A stretch of DNA of 64,000 nt from the human T2T-CHM13v2.0 reference genome, Homo sapiens (GCF_009914755.1 NC_060928.1), one strand, 5' to 3'. Counted from the stretch's first letter, positions 1 through 15,666 are shown. Numbers and translations: made by a program. Notes: generated by a model from the sequence alone, not told the origin.

Positions 1-120
1 CTCATTAGTAAAGTATTCTGTGATAAGTATTTTATAAAAAATAAAATATAAAGTATTTTGTAAATAAGTAATAATGACTACAGATTAATGATGATCAATG
101 ATCTATCATGATGTGTATAT

Positions 121-157
121 ACACACACACACACACACACCCACACAGACACAAACA
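121..157. repeat. (CA)n microsatellite
   Basis: acacacac... run, imperfect at its 3' end. Confidence 0.95.
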
Positions 158-160
158 CTT

Positions 161-477
161 ATAGCATGTGTCACTTAACTACAGAGATACATGCTGAGAA
201 GTGTTGTTAGGTGGTACTGTTGTGCAAACATCAAAGTGTACTTATACAGACCTAGATGGTATAGCCTACTACACACCTAGCCTATATGGTAGTGTATTTC
301 TCCTAGGCCACAAACCTGCACAGTATGTTACTGTACTGAATAAGCAACAACTGTTAACATAATGGTTAGCATCTGCTTATCTGAGCATAGAAAAGATAAC
401 AGTAAAAATATGGTATTATCTGACCATCATCAATGCAGGCAGTCTGTTGTTAACTAAACATTGTTATGCAGTGACTG
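161..477. mobile_element. Tigger3-family (TcMar-Tigger) non-autonomous DNA transposon
   Basis: Characteristic 'acctagatggtatagcctactacacacctag...aaacctgcacagtatgttactgtactgaata' and terminal '...ttatgcagtgactg'. Confidence 0.75.
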
Positions 478-500
478 TGTGTGTGTGTGTGTGTGTGTGT
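476..500. repeat. (TG)n microsatellite
   Basis: Pure tgtgtg run. Confidence 0.95.
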
Positions 501-1939
501 TATGTTTTAATTAGTAAATATATCATGTTATATGAATGTACCATTATCTATATAATCAGTCTTCTGTGTAAGGACATTTGAATTGTCTTCTGTCTCCTGT
601 TCTTCAGCCCTATCACTCTCACTCACCCTCAAGGAGCTTCTCATTGTGTATTAAATATGTATACATCACCGAGCCAGGATTTCAAGGTCTTCTTTGGTCC
701 AGAAGTATTTAACTGATAATCTATTGTTTCTGACCTCTGAGATCCTTTCCTGGAATGCTGCCTACTCCAGTCCCTACCATAGAAGCCCTACTCTTCATGC
801 TTAAATGCCAGGTGCTCACAGTTCATGGCTCAATGGAGACTTTCCTTCTATTTTCTGTAGTTCTTGGAGCCTCACTTCTAGTAAATTTAAGGAAAATAGG
901 AGACTCAGTCAATCTTGAATAAGTTTAACCGCCTTGGAAGTAATACATCCTAAGATTTGATATGTAACAGGTAAAGAAAATAAAAAGTATGTCAAATTTC
1001 CATCCACAGCCAAGATGTACCATGGAAAGATGTCTTGAATATAACTTCTACAAAAAATAAGCAAGCAAACTTGAATCTTTTCAATCACCTTATAACATGC
1101 TTGGTATAAGATAATATTTTTGCTAATTGGCAAAAAAATAGACAAATGGAAAATAAGTATTTGCTGTTGTACTTACATGCCTTAATCAGTTACAATGAAC
1201 ATTCTTGCTCACTTGGCAGGAACGGTGGGCATATTCCTTTGCTCTGACTTTATATATATTAAGTAACTTTCTGTTCTTAACTTGCCTTCTTATGTGAACT
1301 TTCATACAAGTGAGACAACACGTGAGCAGTAAACACAGTAGTACCCTAAAAGGAACTGTAGTCTGCAAAATCTGGTGGTGTATTTCTGGTCTCTGTATTT
1401 ACTGTGGCTAGTATATTCTGGCATACATAAGAAACTGCGTTGAAGGAATAAATGGATTGGTGTATCAGTGGGTTGTTTTAGGCTGAGTCAGTGTCTTAAA
1501 CCAAATCATCTCTGGTGAATGATAAGCCCATAATTTTGTAATTAGAAAATAAATGGAAAGTCCAAACTTTAGACACATGGTAACCTATAATCAACAAATA
1601 GGCACCATAAGAATTGCAGAGAAAGCTGACTTTCAACTTTATACAAAATTTAACATCCTTTTAGCTACAATAATAGTTATCCAACCTTGCATTGTTCTGA
1701 AGTTTTGTGTATGTCCTTGATAGAAGCAAAGTCTTCTCTTCTTTCTGACCAAGCACATGGAATCAGTTGGAAGAGACCACCTGCCTAGTCAGCCAGATGT
1801 CTGGTGATCAATGGAGCAGATACAGGAGGTAGCAGCAGGATCAGACTTATCTTCTAGTTACATGTACATACTTCTTTAATTCATGGAATGTTGAAGACAG
1901 GGAGCAGGCACTCAATAAATAGTCATTGGTGATAAATTC

Positions 1940-3010
<1,071 letters not shown>

Positions 3011-3543
3011 GAGAAATCAAGAAAAACAAATTCATTCTTTAGTGGATGAAATCTACTCTTGGCCTACCTGAATATACCACTTTAAAACTAGGTATCAGAA
3101 CATTACATGTTGTGTTTGAGAGCAAGAGCTCTAAAGCTGCATGAATGTTGTGTACTATTGTTATTATTAAATTACATTAAAGGAAATTGTTATTAAACAT
3201 TTGTTTTAAATTCTGCATTAAATAAAGTTGATACATTTGTTATGAATAAATATTACATGAAATAAATCCTTTCATACTAGGCAGTTATTTTACCATGTGG
3301 GACAATAGGGTTTCAGAGAATGGATAGCCCAAGGAAGAATAGAAGCACTTGACTGGATCAGGAAGTGTTGGTTCAGGCCCTGACTACCAATAGCTTGCTC
3401 TCCAATCTTGGCAAAGTAGACAGCGGATCTGGACCTCCATTCCTTGCAGGCAAATAGAAGGGTTCAGTTAGATGGGACTCAGCTGTTTTCTTCAACTGGA
3501 ACAATCCACCAGCATCTAACTTTAAACAACATTTCTCGTAATG

Positions 3544-3719
3544 ATGATGTATAATTCACAATGTTTTAAAAAAAACTCTCTTCAGTGGAGATTTAGGATA
3601 TTGGTTAAGAAGGGCAATTTAATTTCGCGGTATGATGAATCAGGCTCATATAATCCAGAGACCAGGGAATTCAGACACAAATTCAACATTTTACTTAGGT
3701 TCACTTTTATTCACTATAC
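3544..3719 (+). repeat. Local duplication 1, copy A (pairs with 6627-6832)
   Basis: About 167 bp near-identical to 6627-6795. Confidence 0.95.
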
Positions 3720-4053
3720 AAATGAAGAATTAAGATTTTTCATAGAGATTTGTAAAAATGTTTTTTAAAAATAGGCTTGTTTTATACATGAATAAAGCAG
3801 CAAATTATTACATGTAAAATTCTTATTATTTCCCTTTAATCATTGACTGTCCTATGATGCTCTCTTTGAAGTGAAAAAAAGCAGAGAAAAAATACATTTG
3901 AAAATAATGATATTATCCTATTAATGCCATTAATGGATGGTTGCATCTCTATATAGAAACGTGTTCCTCTATAAGTGAAGGTTAATTTGATTCTTTCAAT
4001 TTATATCATTTTTCCATTACATTTCACTGTAATAAATTTTGGACTTCTTAATA

Positions 4054-4711
4054 CAGGTGATTCTTATTATCTGCAGTAGTTATGTTCTATAAAATCATCA
4101 TGAACATTGAATGAGCAATATACTAAACCACTGTTCCTGGGGGAAATACAGGGTTAGTTTCCTGCAAGCCCCTAGTCACAACATTTCTGTCAACTAATCA
4201 ATATATAACCTAGTTTTATGTGTGTTTCTGTTTAAAGAGATCTTAACTGATACACATTGTTGATTCATTGACATTGAACCCACAGTAAAAGGCATTACAA
4301 CTCATGCATGAATGAAGCTTATCTAACACACAGATATTTTCCATAAGGCACATCACAACCTTCTTGAGCTTAGGAACTCTAGACAGCACTGCAGCTTTAT
4401 ATTTGGGGACCATTTTAAACAGGAAAATTAGCAAGGAAAAGCACCAAAACATGGCATTACATAGATGGTGAAAAGGGCATTTGCTTAGTGTTTATAAAAG
4501 CTTAAACAAGAAGGCAAAGTGGGGCCTTATTAGACCTTAGCTGGGTACACACATGCACACAATGTGACTCAAACATCTTGCTGCTCTGCATGTCTGTGAA
4601 GGTCCACGAGTGACCACCAAAGGGCTTCAAGTACAGATGGGATTACAAATAAATTTTCCAAGAGCAGGCAAACTTGCAGTTACAGAAACCACAAATAATG
4701 AAGATCAACTG
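4054..4711. mobile_element. MER82 (TcMar-Tigger), essentially full length
   Basis: TA-flanked inverted termini caggtgattcttattat / ataatgaagatcaactg; internal 'ggggaaatacagggttagtttcctg' and 'gaagcttatctaacac'. Confidence 0.8.
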
Positions 4712-6626
4712 TATTTATTTCTTATCAACTGATCATGGCTCTTAGCCCTTTAATTATATTTATCTGCTCTTTAGAACTACTATCAAGATAACTGTTGATT
4801 AATAAACACACTTAACTGTAGATGAGGAAATCAAATCTATGTGGTTAACCATTCATGAAATTTTTAATAAATCAATTACCACCTAATCAATCTACTTTAT
4901 AAGTTTGCATTTTGTAGATACGACCTTTCTAAATATTTAATATTGCATGAATTATAAACACTACTAAAAGAGTATCTACAAATTATGACACTGTGTTAGA
5001 GACTACATTAGCAAATTACACTACAGTTTATAACCTACTAGAAGATTGGCTTCCATTCAGGAAAGGAAATAAAAAAGAAATAGAAAAGGAATAAGAAATA
5101 TAGCCTTGTTAATTTTAAAAAGCAATCTTTAATATTAATATAAGCTATAATTAACATTAATGTGAAAATTATATTTAAAAATGCGCAGTAAAATCAGAAG
5201 TCTGGGTGACCTTTCTTCTGGATTCCTGCCGTGAAACAGTGAAGTTTGAAGTGATTTTGTTATCTATCATACTCTCTGATCCTCTCAAAGGACTTATCTT
5301 TCCTGGTACAAAGCCTCTGGGCATTAAAATTATTCATCATTTCATGACATATTTGGGGCTCCCTGGCAAAAACAGCTCTCTGAAGATGATGCACGTAAAT
5401 AAAACGGGTATAAAAGAAAGTCTTGTATTATGTAATGAAAAATGAAAAGAATGCCCTGTTGATGGTAAAGGTAATTTTTTTTCCTTCTTTTAAGGACAAT
5501 AAAATCATAGAAAATAAAATGATATCAGTATCATTTTGGAAAAGTTTCTATTTTTAATATCTCCTAAACAAAAATGCTTTTGAACTAAGTTGAAGGTTTG
5601 GCTGAACAATCTGTGAACAAGAAAAAGAGCTGCTGTACCTGGTCCTCTTGCTTCAAGTTGCCAGTAATACAAAGCCAAACTGCACCAACAATGCCAAGCT
5701 CAGTTGGAAGAACATTTCCACCAACGTAAATAATATTTATTTCTAGAATTGAACAAAATACCTAAGCAGTAAAATATATATATATATATAACTCAGCAGT
5801 GCACTGGAATTAAGGGACTAATGATTTTTATCTGCAGCATATTCCCTCAATTATATAATTCATTAAACACAAAGAATAATGAGGAAGAAACTGTGCTAAG
5901 TATCAGGCTGAACAGAACTACCCATTGGACAGAGCCTCGGAAAACCTTTTAGAAACTACTAATGTAATTAAATCATCTGAACAAACAAATTTGTATCAGA
6001 AACTCCAAGAAGCTAAGGTAATAACAATTTCTGAGCAACCATTTTTGCCATAGTCAATTTTGAAAATCAAAAATAGACTCAAATTTTTTTAAATACTTTT
6101 TTAAGGAAACATGGCATTAACTGACAAAAGGTAAATTTCTGGTTTTTAAACTTTTTAAAATAAGAAATAACTTTCAGTAAATATTACATTCCATACAGTG
6201 ACTCAATGCATATATAAACAAATAATATATATACATACATAACTAAAACATAAGTTACAGAAAACAATACTTAATCTTACTACATGTAATATACTCTGAC
6301 ATTTAATGAAATTTATCTCACTATATTTAGTGGTCGTTAAAGGGTCATAATGCACAGTTTGAAAACATCTAGACAACAGTATTTGTTATACCTCTCTCAG
6401 TTTGGGGCCTCATGGCTAGTAGTGAATTGACTTAGCAGTGAAAAAAAATTTCATCTCAAGTTCCTTGGATGATAATATATATCAAACAAATTTACTCTTG
6501 TCAATTGGATTATGTTCTTGGTAAAAAAAAAAAAAAAATAGAAAGGGAGGAAAAACAAATTCTCCATTCTATTATTTTATTGTGATAGCTTTCAACTCTA
6601 ACTTTGGGCAGACTTACATACAGGAA

Positions 6627-6832
6627 ATGATGTATAATTCACAATGTTTAAAAAAAAAAACTCTCTTCAGTGGAGATTTAGGATATTGATTAAGAATGGC
6701 AATTTAATTTAGCAGTATGATGAATCAGGCTCATATAATCCAGAGACCAGGGAATTCAGACATAAATGCAACATTTTACTTAGGTTCACTTTTATCTTTC
6801 TTCCTATTCACATCTAATTCAAATCACTATAC
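6627..6832 (+). repeat. Local duplication 1, copy B
   Basis: Matches 3544-3719 with about 6 substitutions and a 28-nt indel near the end. Confidence 0.95.
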
Positions 6833-7967
6833 TACAATATCCATTTGTTAGGTAGCAAAAAATGAATGCGTAGTTATTTTCAATGAAGAGAACTGTTTAT
6901 ACAGAGTTGAATTGTTTGGGCATGGAGGACAAAGCATAAAATAGAATAGTTTTTAAAAATGCCTTGAGAAACATTATCAATGAATGTTTCCTTACACCTG
7001 ATCAGAGGTTTTGCAAATGCATGTTTATGGCTAGTTTTCTACTTTGTTCATTCATTCATTCTCACTAAAATTAATGAATTATTAGACCTGGGGTTATGCG
7101 GTCTTTGAGAAAAATCACTTGCACATTTGTTCAGTCAGGGTTCTTAGGATTGTTGACTGCAAACACTTGGGTATACGCCATCAATTCTAAGAAATTTATT
7201 AAACCAATATTGAATAGCTTCCAGAATTGTTGGGAGGGCTCAGGAATAAGTTTCCAGAAAAAAAGTCCCAAGACTAAGCTTCAGAACTAGCCTGATGGAA
7301 AAACAGCTGCCGCTACATCTGCTGCAATTAATACCAATAATATATGTCAACTGCCAATGCCACCAGGACCAATGTCACTTTCATATCAAAAATTAAATAT
7401 ACTGCTGACTCCTCAAACCACAGCCCTCGACCACCACATTCACTGAGAAAAATGGAAAGTCTGTGCAAAATCTGCCTTCTGACACTGATGAATCCCCAAA
7501 TGAAGTATGGCAAACATCTGTTAGATGGGACAAGTCTACAAGCCTAGTGACATGCCTGCACACTGGCTGCAAGAAAGACTAGAAATTTGACTTCTGACTT
7601 CTAAGTTGCTAAGACATAACTCAGAGTGTTGTAATTTCATGAATTTAGAAAGTCTACTCAAATACTGTGGATATGCCAATTGTCTAGCATATTAGCATTT
7701 TATGTAACATATCATGGATCACGACATATTAAAAAAATCAAATCTCAGAATTTCAGAAGTGACAGGGACTTCAGAAAACAATTACAATCCAGCCCCTCAG
7801 TTGTACTAATGGAGTCCAGGGGCTATCTATTCATTTAAACCAGAGCCACAAATTGGTATTCTAAAGTCTGTGATGGTCTTTTACATTAGGCCATTCAAAA
7901 ATCACCTCTTCTTATCTCCTATCACTAGTGCTATTTGTGAGCAGAGAATGGTTCAGCTGAGATTGTA

Positions 7968-8113
7968 GACTGAATATGGTGGCTCATGCTTGTAATCCTA
8001 GCACCTTTGGAGGCCAAGGCAGGAGGACCACTTGAGCCCAGGAGCTTGAGACCAGCCTGGGCAACATGGCAAAACCTCGTCTCCATTTTTTAAAAATTAA
8101 AATAAAAAATAAA
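7968..8113 (+). mobile_element. FLAM / AluJ left monomer
   Basis: ggtggctcatgcttgtaatcc...cttgagcccaggag...cctcgtctc followed by an A-rich tail. Confidence 0.88.
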
Positions 8114-8909
8114 GCAAAGAAAATGTAGGGAATTATTATGTTGAAGGTGGTACATTGATAATTTTAAACATCACCCAGACAGGCTGCAGTTGACATTTCC
8201 AATATTCAATGAACATTCGCCCTTTAACTGTGAGAATCTGCTAGCTAGTGATTTTGTGAGTTATTGCCCATTAGATGTAGGGCTTCTGGAACACATCGGC
8301 TCCTCTCTACACACCAACATACAAAACAGCAAGTCATACGCCTCAGAAGGATGACCCAGACCAAAACCAAAATGTTAGCTGGGTAACTATTGTCGTTGGC
8401 ATCTATTTGCTTTTCATTAGGTTGGAACTGAACTAGAGCTTCAGGGAGATCAATGAGCACAGGGTGCAGTGGTAAAAATGTGGCACCATAAACCTGCTTG
8501 CAATTAGCAACAGAACCTGAAAATTAATTCAGAAAGTAGATACACGTCAACACTAAGTGAAGAAACAAGTGTTCTGGATGATGAGCATGCTTTACTACTA
8601 TGATGGTGAAAATAATGTGTCCTTATAGAGTTTACATACACTTGAAAGTTTTGAAGGAAAATGTAAGAGAATAGGGACTCCAATGATGAAATTGTAGATA
8701 CAAGCCTGCTTTGGTTAGTTGAAACAGTATTATGTAGAATTGGGAAAATGATAGGCATATGTATTTATGATCCTCCCTCAGGAGCTTTGGCTTAAGAAGT
8801 TACAGGCTAACAATACTTGCTATCACTTATTATACAATCAAAGCCTATATGATGTGAATAGAGAGGTTCCTGATCTAAGTGGAAACATTCTCCAAATCCA
8901 AAACAATGA

Positions 8910-9377
<468 letters not shown>

Positions 9378-10180
9378 CAAAGGAGGCAGAGAGAGCTAAT
9401 AATATTCATATGACCTGTAAGTCATTGTCCTGTCATACTATTATACATAATGTAGCATAATATAGTCAGTAAATGTTACCCTGTTAAATCTTGGTTTCAA
9501 AGTCTATAGACACTGACAGGTGCTTTCAGGGAGAAACAGAACAGAATGTGAGGAGTTTCAGATCCAATACTTAGGTCCTTGTCAGCTTGAACTGAATCTC
9601 AAAGTACTAAAAAGCATCATAAAATAATGTTCAATGCATATTTCCCTAGGACTGAGAAATAATCTATTCCTAGGCATAAAGTCAGCCTTATGGTTTTCAA
9701 AAGGTAATTTGTTTTCTTAACTATCTGCTTCAAATGAAGGAATAGTTGTTTTGTTATCCAAAGGCAAAAGCCAAGATAATCTGGACATAAAGCTATAAAG
9801 TAAATTCTACTGAAGAATATATTAGAAAATTTGCAAGTAAATCAATACGAGGAAACTAAACGTAGGCATTAAAAGGCCTATATGTTGAGTCTTCATGGGC
9901 TGTGAGATTATCTATGTATACAAATAAATTTAAGAAAACATTATCTACCTATCCATTTATCTATCTCTGCCATTTTTATGCACAATAACCAAAAGGTAAT
10001 TCCCACTGCAGGTAATTTTTGGTTATTTCCACTCAAAGGCTACCTCACCATGGAGTTACCACAATTCCTTGGTTTTCTTCAAAAAGGTATTAATATTTTC
10101 AAAGGACATGATTCAGGCAGCTTAATACAGAAAACAACGTCAATGCAGGAAAGAAAACAATAGCAACAAAGAGTGCAATA

Positions 10181-10276
10181 GGACACCAAGTCCAATACCA
10201 GCAGTCACTGCTCCAAATAATGTAATTTGTAAATCAATTAAAAGCTGCATTCATAGAGATCAGGCACTCATTCAGT
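10181..10276 (+). repeat. Local duplication 2, copy A (pairs with 11257-11352)
   Basis: 96-bp gapless alignment, 18 mismatches by hand count. Confidence 0.85.
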
Positions 10277-10439
10277 TTACCAAACATAATCAAATTACAC
10301 TTCCAGGGGGAATTAATGTCACAGTATATTTAGTCATTGCTACAACTGTCATTTCCAATAGGATAAATAAAATAATCCCAGGCCTCCATAGCTGTCACTG
10401 AGATAGTACAGAAGTGACTGTTGGCTCCACAAGCAGGAT

Positions 10440-10620
10440 ACCTGGCATGCAGTACCAGCTCAGCCACTTACTGGGTAACTGTGGGCAAAGTGCTTAGCAT
10501 CTCTGCCTTCTTTCCCTCAATTTGTAAAAATGTACATAATATAATGTGCTAGCTGTGTCTGCTAAACAAGACAATCCATCAGAGGGTTGAGCATCATGCC
10601 TGGCACAGGATTTACATTTG
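10440..10620 (+). mobile_element. MIR fragment
   Basis: 'cagctcagccacttactgggtaactgtgggcaaagtgcttagcatctctg...gtaaaa' MIR core. Confidence 0.6.
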
Positions 10621-10745
10621 ATAAATCTTTAGTAGTTGTTATAATTTGAAGAATTAGGTTCAAAAACTTACAACCACACAATAGTTGGAAAAAGCAGCAT
10701 TATTGTGCATGTTTTATTAAAAATATTTCTGGAGAATGTCTTTAC

Positions 10746-10792
10746 TTGCTTTTAAAAGACTTTTGTCACCTTTGCTTTTAAAAGACTTTTGT
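10746..10792. repeat. Tandem duplication, 26-bp period
   Basis: ttgcttttaaaagacttttgt occurs twice. Confidence 0.9.
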
Positions 10793-11256
10793 GCTTTTTA
10801 GCACAAGTAGATGGCATAGTCCAATCTGTAGTACAGTCCCACAAAACACTGAAAATCATTTCCCAACCTTCCAGGCTGTTGTTCACAAAAGAGCAGCCTT
10901 CCAGGTTTCCCTGTTCCTTCTCCCCTATTCTGATCCTGTACAGCTGTCTATATTTTCATTTACACGTTGTAGGGAATAGACAGTTTTGAATCATTCATAG
11001 CCCTGTCCACTGCTAGGTTCTGACATATTTATTCAGGCTTGTCTGGGAAACTGGAAAAGGTATCGACTTTATGGAGAGAGAGACCTCTTAGGCAAGAATT
11101 CTTTCAAAGCAAAGACAGAATTGGGCAATTAATACTGACCCACCAATAAAATGAAGAGCATGGTATTTTATCTATTTCTTTGGTAGGGAGAGAAAAGTAG
11201 GTAAGAAAAATCCAGAATTTAATGAGGAGAGGGAAAAAGCATTATTGAGCATAAAA

Positions 11257-11352
11257 GGACACAGAGTCCAATGCTGGCAGTCACAGGTCCAAGGAATGAC
11301 ATTTGTAAATCAATTACAAGCTGCTTTCACAGAAATAAGATACTCATTCAGT
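11257..11352 (+). repeat. Local duplication 2, copy B
   Basis: Aligns to 10181-10276. Confidence 0.85.
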
Positions 11353-12739
11353 GTCTGCTTCCCTCAAAATTGCATATGACATTGAGGTAGAATTAGCACT
11401 AGAGCGTTTTTGTTTCTACATATTAATTTGACATCTATTTCTTGGGCATTGATTCTGTGCCAGGAGACTTTATAGGTATTGGAGAATCAAAAGTAAATAA
11501 ACAGTCATGAAACAAAACCTCATGGAACTTACATTACTATCTATCTGTGAATGCAGCCAAGGCATTCCCCCAAGATCTGTCTAGAATACAGAGGTACCAA
11601 GGACTTGAACTTATAGGATCTTTGGAAGCCTAGAAGGCCAGACTCTCTTTACCTAAAATATGCATTACCTAGCCTTGTAATTATCTTCACAAAATAGTAC
11701 ACCAGCTCAACCCTGAAATATCAGAGCAAGGCGGCAATGTAATTTTTGTCCTATGAGAGGTTATCAACAAAAATGAGGGGTTAGCAAGTCACTTGGTGTC
11801 ATAGGCAAATATTTATATAAAGATATAATTGATTGCTAATGCTGTATGCGAAAGCACTTTTTGCTGGGTTTTTACAATCTGACCTATGAGAAAGAAATAA
11901 TCAAAATCATTCTTTCCTTTGATAAGAACTTATACTTCCTCCTGGTAAACAGGGTGTCCAAGTGTGCACATATTTATGCCCAAGCATTTCTGAATGTAGC
12001 TTACAGCCTAAATCCAACATATATTGTGTGATATATTATAATAATTTGACCAGTTATTATTAAGAACACAAGCCAAGTTAAGGTCTTTTCAAGCTCTAAA
12101 ATCCTACAATTTGTGTGGGAAATTGTACTGCAATTAATGGGCACTGTAATAGATCCTTTATATATAGAATTTCTAATCCTTATAACAATGTGAAGTAGTC
12201 TTATTTCCAGCTTTACAGACTTATTTTCAGAAAAAGGAAGGAAAAGGAGCTTATTTCTGCAAAAACAGTACAATGGAGTATCCAGGACTCAAATACAAGT
12301 CCATTGTACTTGAAAGCTGGTACTTTCAAACTAGTCCCTGGCCTTCACAAATATGTTAGTATGTTAAATACTTGTACTTAACCCTTACAAGAAAATACAG
12401 TGGGCATAATGTGAATTAGGGAGTGGACAAATATAATAGTGGAGAAAATAAATATTCCCTGCTTATGCTTTCTAGTTGGTGCCTTTTTTGGTTTTAATGG
12501 GTAATCTGCATTTATGGTATATTGATAAAATTTGTAGTTTATCTGTAAAGGTTGAGAATGACCAATGTAGAAAGGATATGTTTTAGCAAATGCAAGTGCA
12601 TATTGGACTGATAGCCTGCTGACAGGAGCTGTACAGCTATGCCTGTGGTTAAAGCAGGCATCTGCTTTGATTGGTTGGTTCTCAAGTCATACTGGTTATC
12701 AAATATTTTAAATAACATTCCTGTTGCATGCTGTCAACT

Positions 12740-14020
12740 TCTGATTTTATATTCCCAACCCTGAACTCTCTACCAGATTTCAGACTCACATCCAATGACG
12801 TCTTTGGCATCTCCAACTCAGGAGTCTAATAGGTATTCTAAAATTAATGTGCCGGTAACAAATCCTTTCATCTTCCCATCACAACATTCTACCTCACTCC
12901 CAGCTGTGTCCACCTCCACTGAGACAACTCTATCCTCACAGTTTCTCTGGATTTATCCTTGACCTCTCTCTGTCCATAATAACTCATATCCAATCCACCA
13001 GTACATTCAGCTCTACTTTCAAAGCACATCCTGCATCTGACCACTGTGTTCTATTTCCATTGCTGCTACCTCAATTCAAGCCACCGATTACTCCAACTGT
13101 CTCCTAGCAGGTCTTCCAGCCTCTGCTTTGGCCCTTGCAGTCCTCTTGCAGCATAGCAGCCAGAGTGATCCTCTTCAACCAGAAGTCAGATCAGCTCACT
13201 CCTCTCTTCAGAACTTGCTGAAGCCCTCCTATCCTTAATAATCTACTCGGACTGCCATAACAAAACACCATTAGACTGGTGGCTTACACAACATATTTAT
13301 TTCTCACAGTTCCGGAGGCTGGGAAGTCCAAGATCAAGGTACAGGCAAATTTGGTTTCAGATGAAGACCTGCTTCCTGGCTTGCAGATAGATGGCCCCCT
13401 TGTCACTGTGAACTCAAATAGTGGAGAGAGAGCTCTAGTCACTTCCTCTTCTTATAAAAACACTCACGCTATCAAGGAGGTCCCATCTTCATGATCTCCT
13501 CTAAATCTAATTACCTCTAAAGGGCCCTATCTCTAAATACCATCACATTGGGGATTTGAACTTCAACATATGAATTGGGGAGGTGGGCACAAACATTCAG
13601 TCCATAACAATCCCACTCAGATGGAAAGTAAAGGTCTTCACAATGACCTAGGGCCCCTGCCCTACTTCCAGTCCCCTCACTCCACACCACACTATGCTGC
13701 ATGGCCTGCAAGCTGCTCCCATCCTTGCCAGATAAACCCCCATCTCACTACCCCTTAGAGGCTCCTCCCTCAGGTATCTGCAAGGCATGCTCCCTGACTT
13801 CCTTCCACACTTGGCCCACTTACCATAATCTGACCACAATCTGACCACAATATGACAGGCTTTTTTTATTTGTTTATTCACAGCCCCTGTTCCCAGAATA
13901 GAAGCAGTATAAGGGCAAAGAATTTTGTCAGCTTTGCTTATTGATGTATCACAGGTGTACAGAAGAGTACCTAACATGACAGATATTAAAAAAGATTTGC
14001 TAAATGGATGAATAAATGTA
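12740..14020 (+). mobile_element. L2 LINE 3' fragment, interrupted by an MLT1A-type LTR
   Basis: Pyrimidine-rich L2 body ('cagcagccagagtgatcc...tcagatca') ending '...ctaaatggatgaataaatg'. Confidence 0.75.
13231..13609 (-). mobile_element. MLT1A-type MaLR solo LTR
   Basis: 'ttatttctcacagttccggaggctgggaagtccaagatcaagg'; ends 'acaaacattcagtccataaca'. Confidence 0.85.
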
Positions 14021-14999
14021 TGAGGACAATTTTGTAGGACACGTGTAATTCTAAATATACAATGATTTTCCTACAATTCTCAAAATAGTTCTATATTCAA
14101 AATGGAACATATCCCCCAATGTTTCATTTTGTTTTTCAAAATAATGTAAAATAAAATATATCAAATGGAATAAGAAAGTTGAGTGAGTGAGTCTAAGAGG
14201 GAGTTAAAGTCCCATTAGCAAGTTTCATAAACTTGTGAGTCCTTATCTTTCCTCCTGTGGTTTCATTTGTATTTGGTTTCAGAAATTCTCATCGAGGAAG
14301 CTAAATGCAATCTTTTGTTTTGGTTTGGGCACATAATCAAAAATTTTTAGCTGCAAGAAAACAGTAATCCAACTATTCAGGGGGTTTCCTTGAAATCTGT
14401 CCCTTAGAGATTTACTGTGGTATAAACTTGGATGTAAATTTCTATAAAATATCTACCTAGGAAGATATAATCTGAACTTTTTTCCTAGAAACTATAAAAG
14501 TACACATTTTTTTTTAATCCATAGGTTGGTTCCCAGGCCTCTACCATGCAGAGATAGGCTGCCTGGACATACCAGAGTTGAAATGTTTTTGAAATAATAA
14601 TAAATACTAAATAATAATAAATACTAAATCTTTATACAGTTTCCAGGATTTGACACCAGTTTGTGGACCAAAAGCAAGAAAGAATAGCAGCCTTGTCCAA
14701 GCCCATCCTTAACCAAACATATAGCTCTCCATCCTCCTTCTCCCAAATATGGTATTACACATCCACTCATCTCTTAGTGCCTTCCAATTTGTAGCTTCAG
14801 AGCTGGCTCCCCTGATCACTCCTCTAATTTCTGAATCCTTTCTGAAGCTAAGAGCTAACAGTGCACTCAAATAATTCTGTGCATTTACCCATGCATAATA
14901 TGAAGAAGCTAATTCAAGTGAAGAAAAGGGAAGGCTGACTGAGGTTAAAAACAATGGAGCTTGAACAGGAACACAGAAACAGCTCTGACTAGAAAGACA

Positions 15000-15058
15000 G
15001 GTGTGTGTGTGTATGTGTGTGTGTGTCAGAGACAGAAGGATAGAGACAGAGAGAGAGA
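15000..15058. repeat. (TG)n/(GA)n compound microsatellite
   Basis: gtgtgt... followed by gagacaga/gagaga. Confidence 0.85.
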
Positions 15059-15666
15059 AAATTTGAGAGTGGGAACCACAGAGCACAAGAAGAAAAATGA
15101 GATAGAGGTTTGGAGAATATGAGCCTGCGAACAATGAGAGAGGTAGGAGAAAGTATATTATTTTCTTTTCTGAGGTGTGATTCCCATAGAGAATATCTCC
15201 CTTGGGGGTAGGTTAGATACCTACGAGATGCAAAACACAATGTGCTCTCAGTTCTGCCAGGTACATATTTAAGAGAACAGTTTGGAGTTAAAGGTAGAAT
15301 GCAGTTGGACCACTTTATAACCTTAGCAAAGCGGGGTTTAAGAAAATAATAGAGGAATTTCACTCTCAGCAAACAGGGACCTGTTTCGGTAATGCGAACT
15401 CATTAGGGCTATGCTCCTACTCAGCTTTTGTGCAAGCAACTCTAGATAAAGTGCTACTCAAATATCCCCCAAATCTGTCACCAACTTAATTCAGACACCA
15501 GAAAAAAACAAAAACTTAGAGAAACAGAGGTAGTCCAAAGACATGTTAGGGAGACAATTGTGGTAAGGTGGAATTTCTCATGTGAATTTAAAAGTTTATT
15601 TAAAAGTGAATGTAAAAATCTACTTCCTCCTCTTCCCAGGCAGCTAATAACCTAGCTTTATTGTTA

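Noticed and set aside
4243-4452. ORF with Tigger-like residues (MVPKYKAAVLSRVPK...)
   Set aside because: It is a decayed remnant within non-autonomous MER82, not an intact transposase.
13828-14630. Short tandem duplications (11-bp at ~13828, 17-bp at ~14595; also ~2395, ~43580, ~63007)
   Set aside because: Ordinary slippage duplications with no functional indication.
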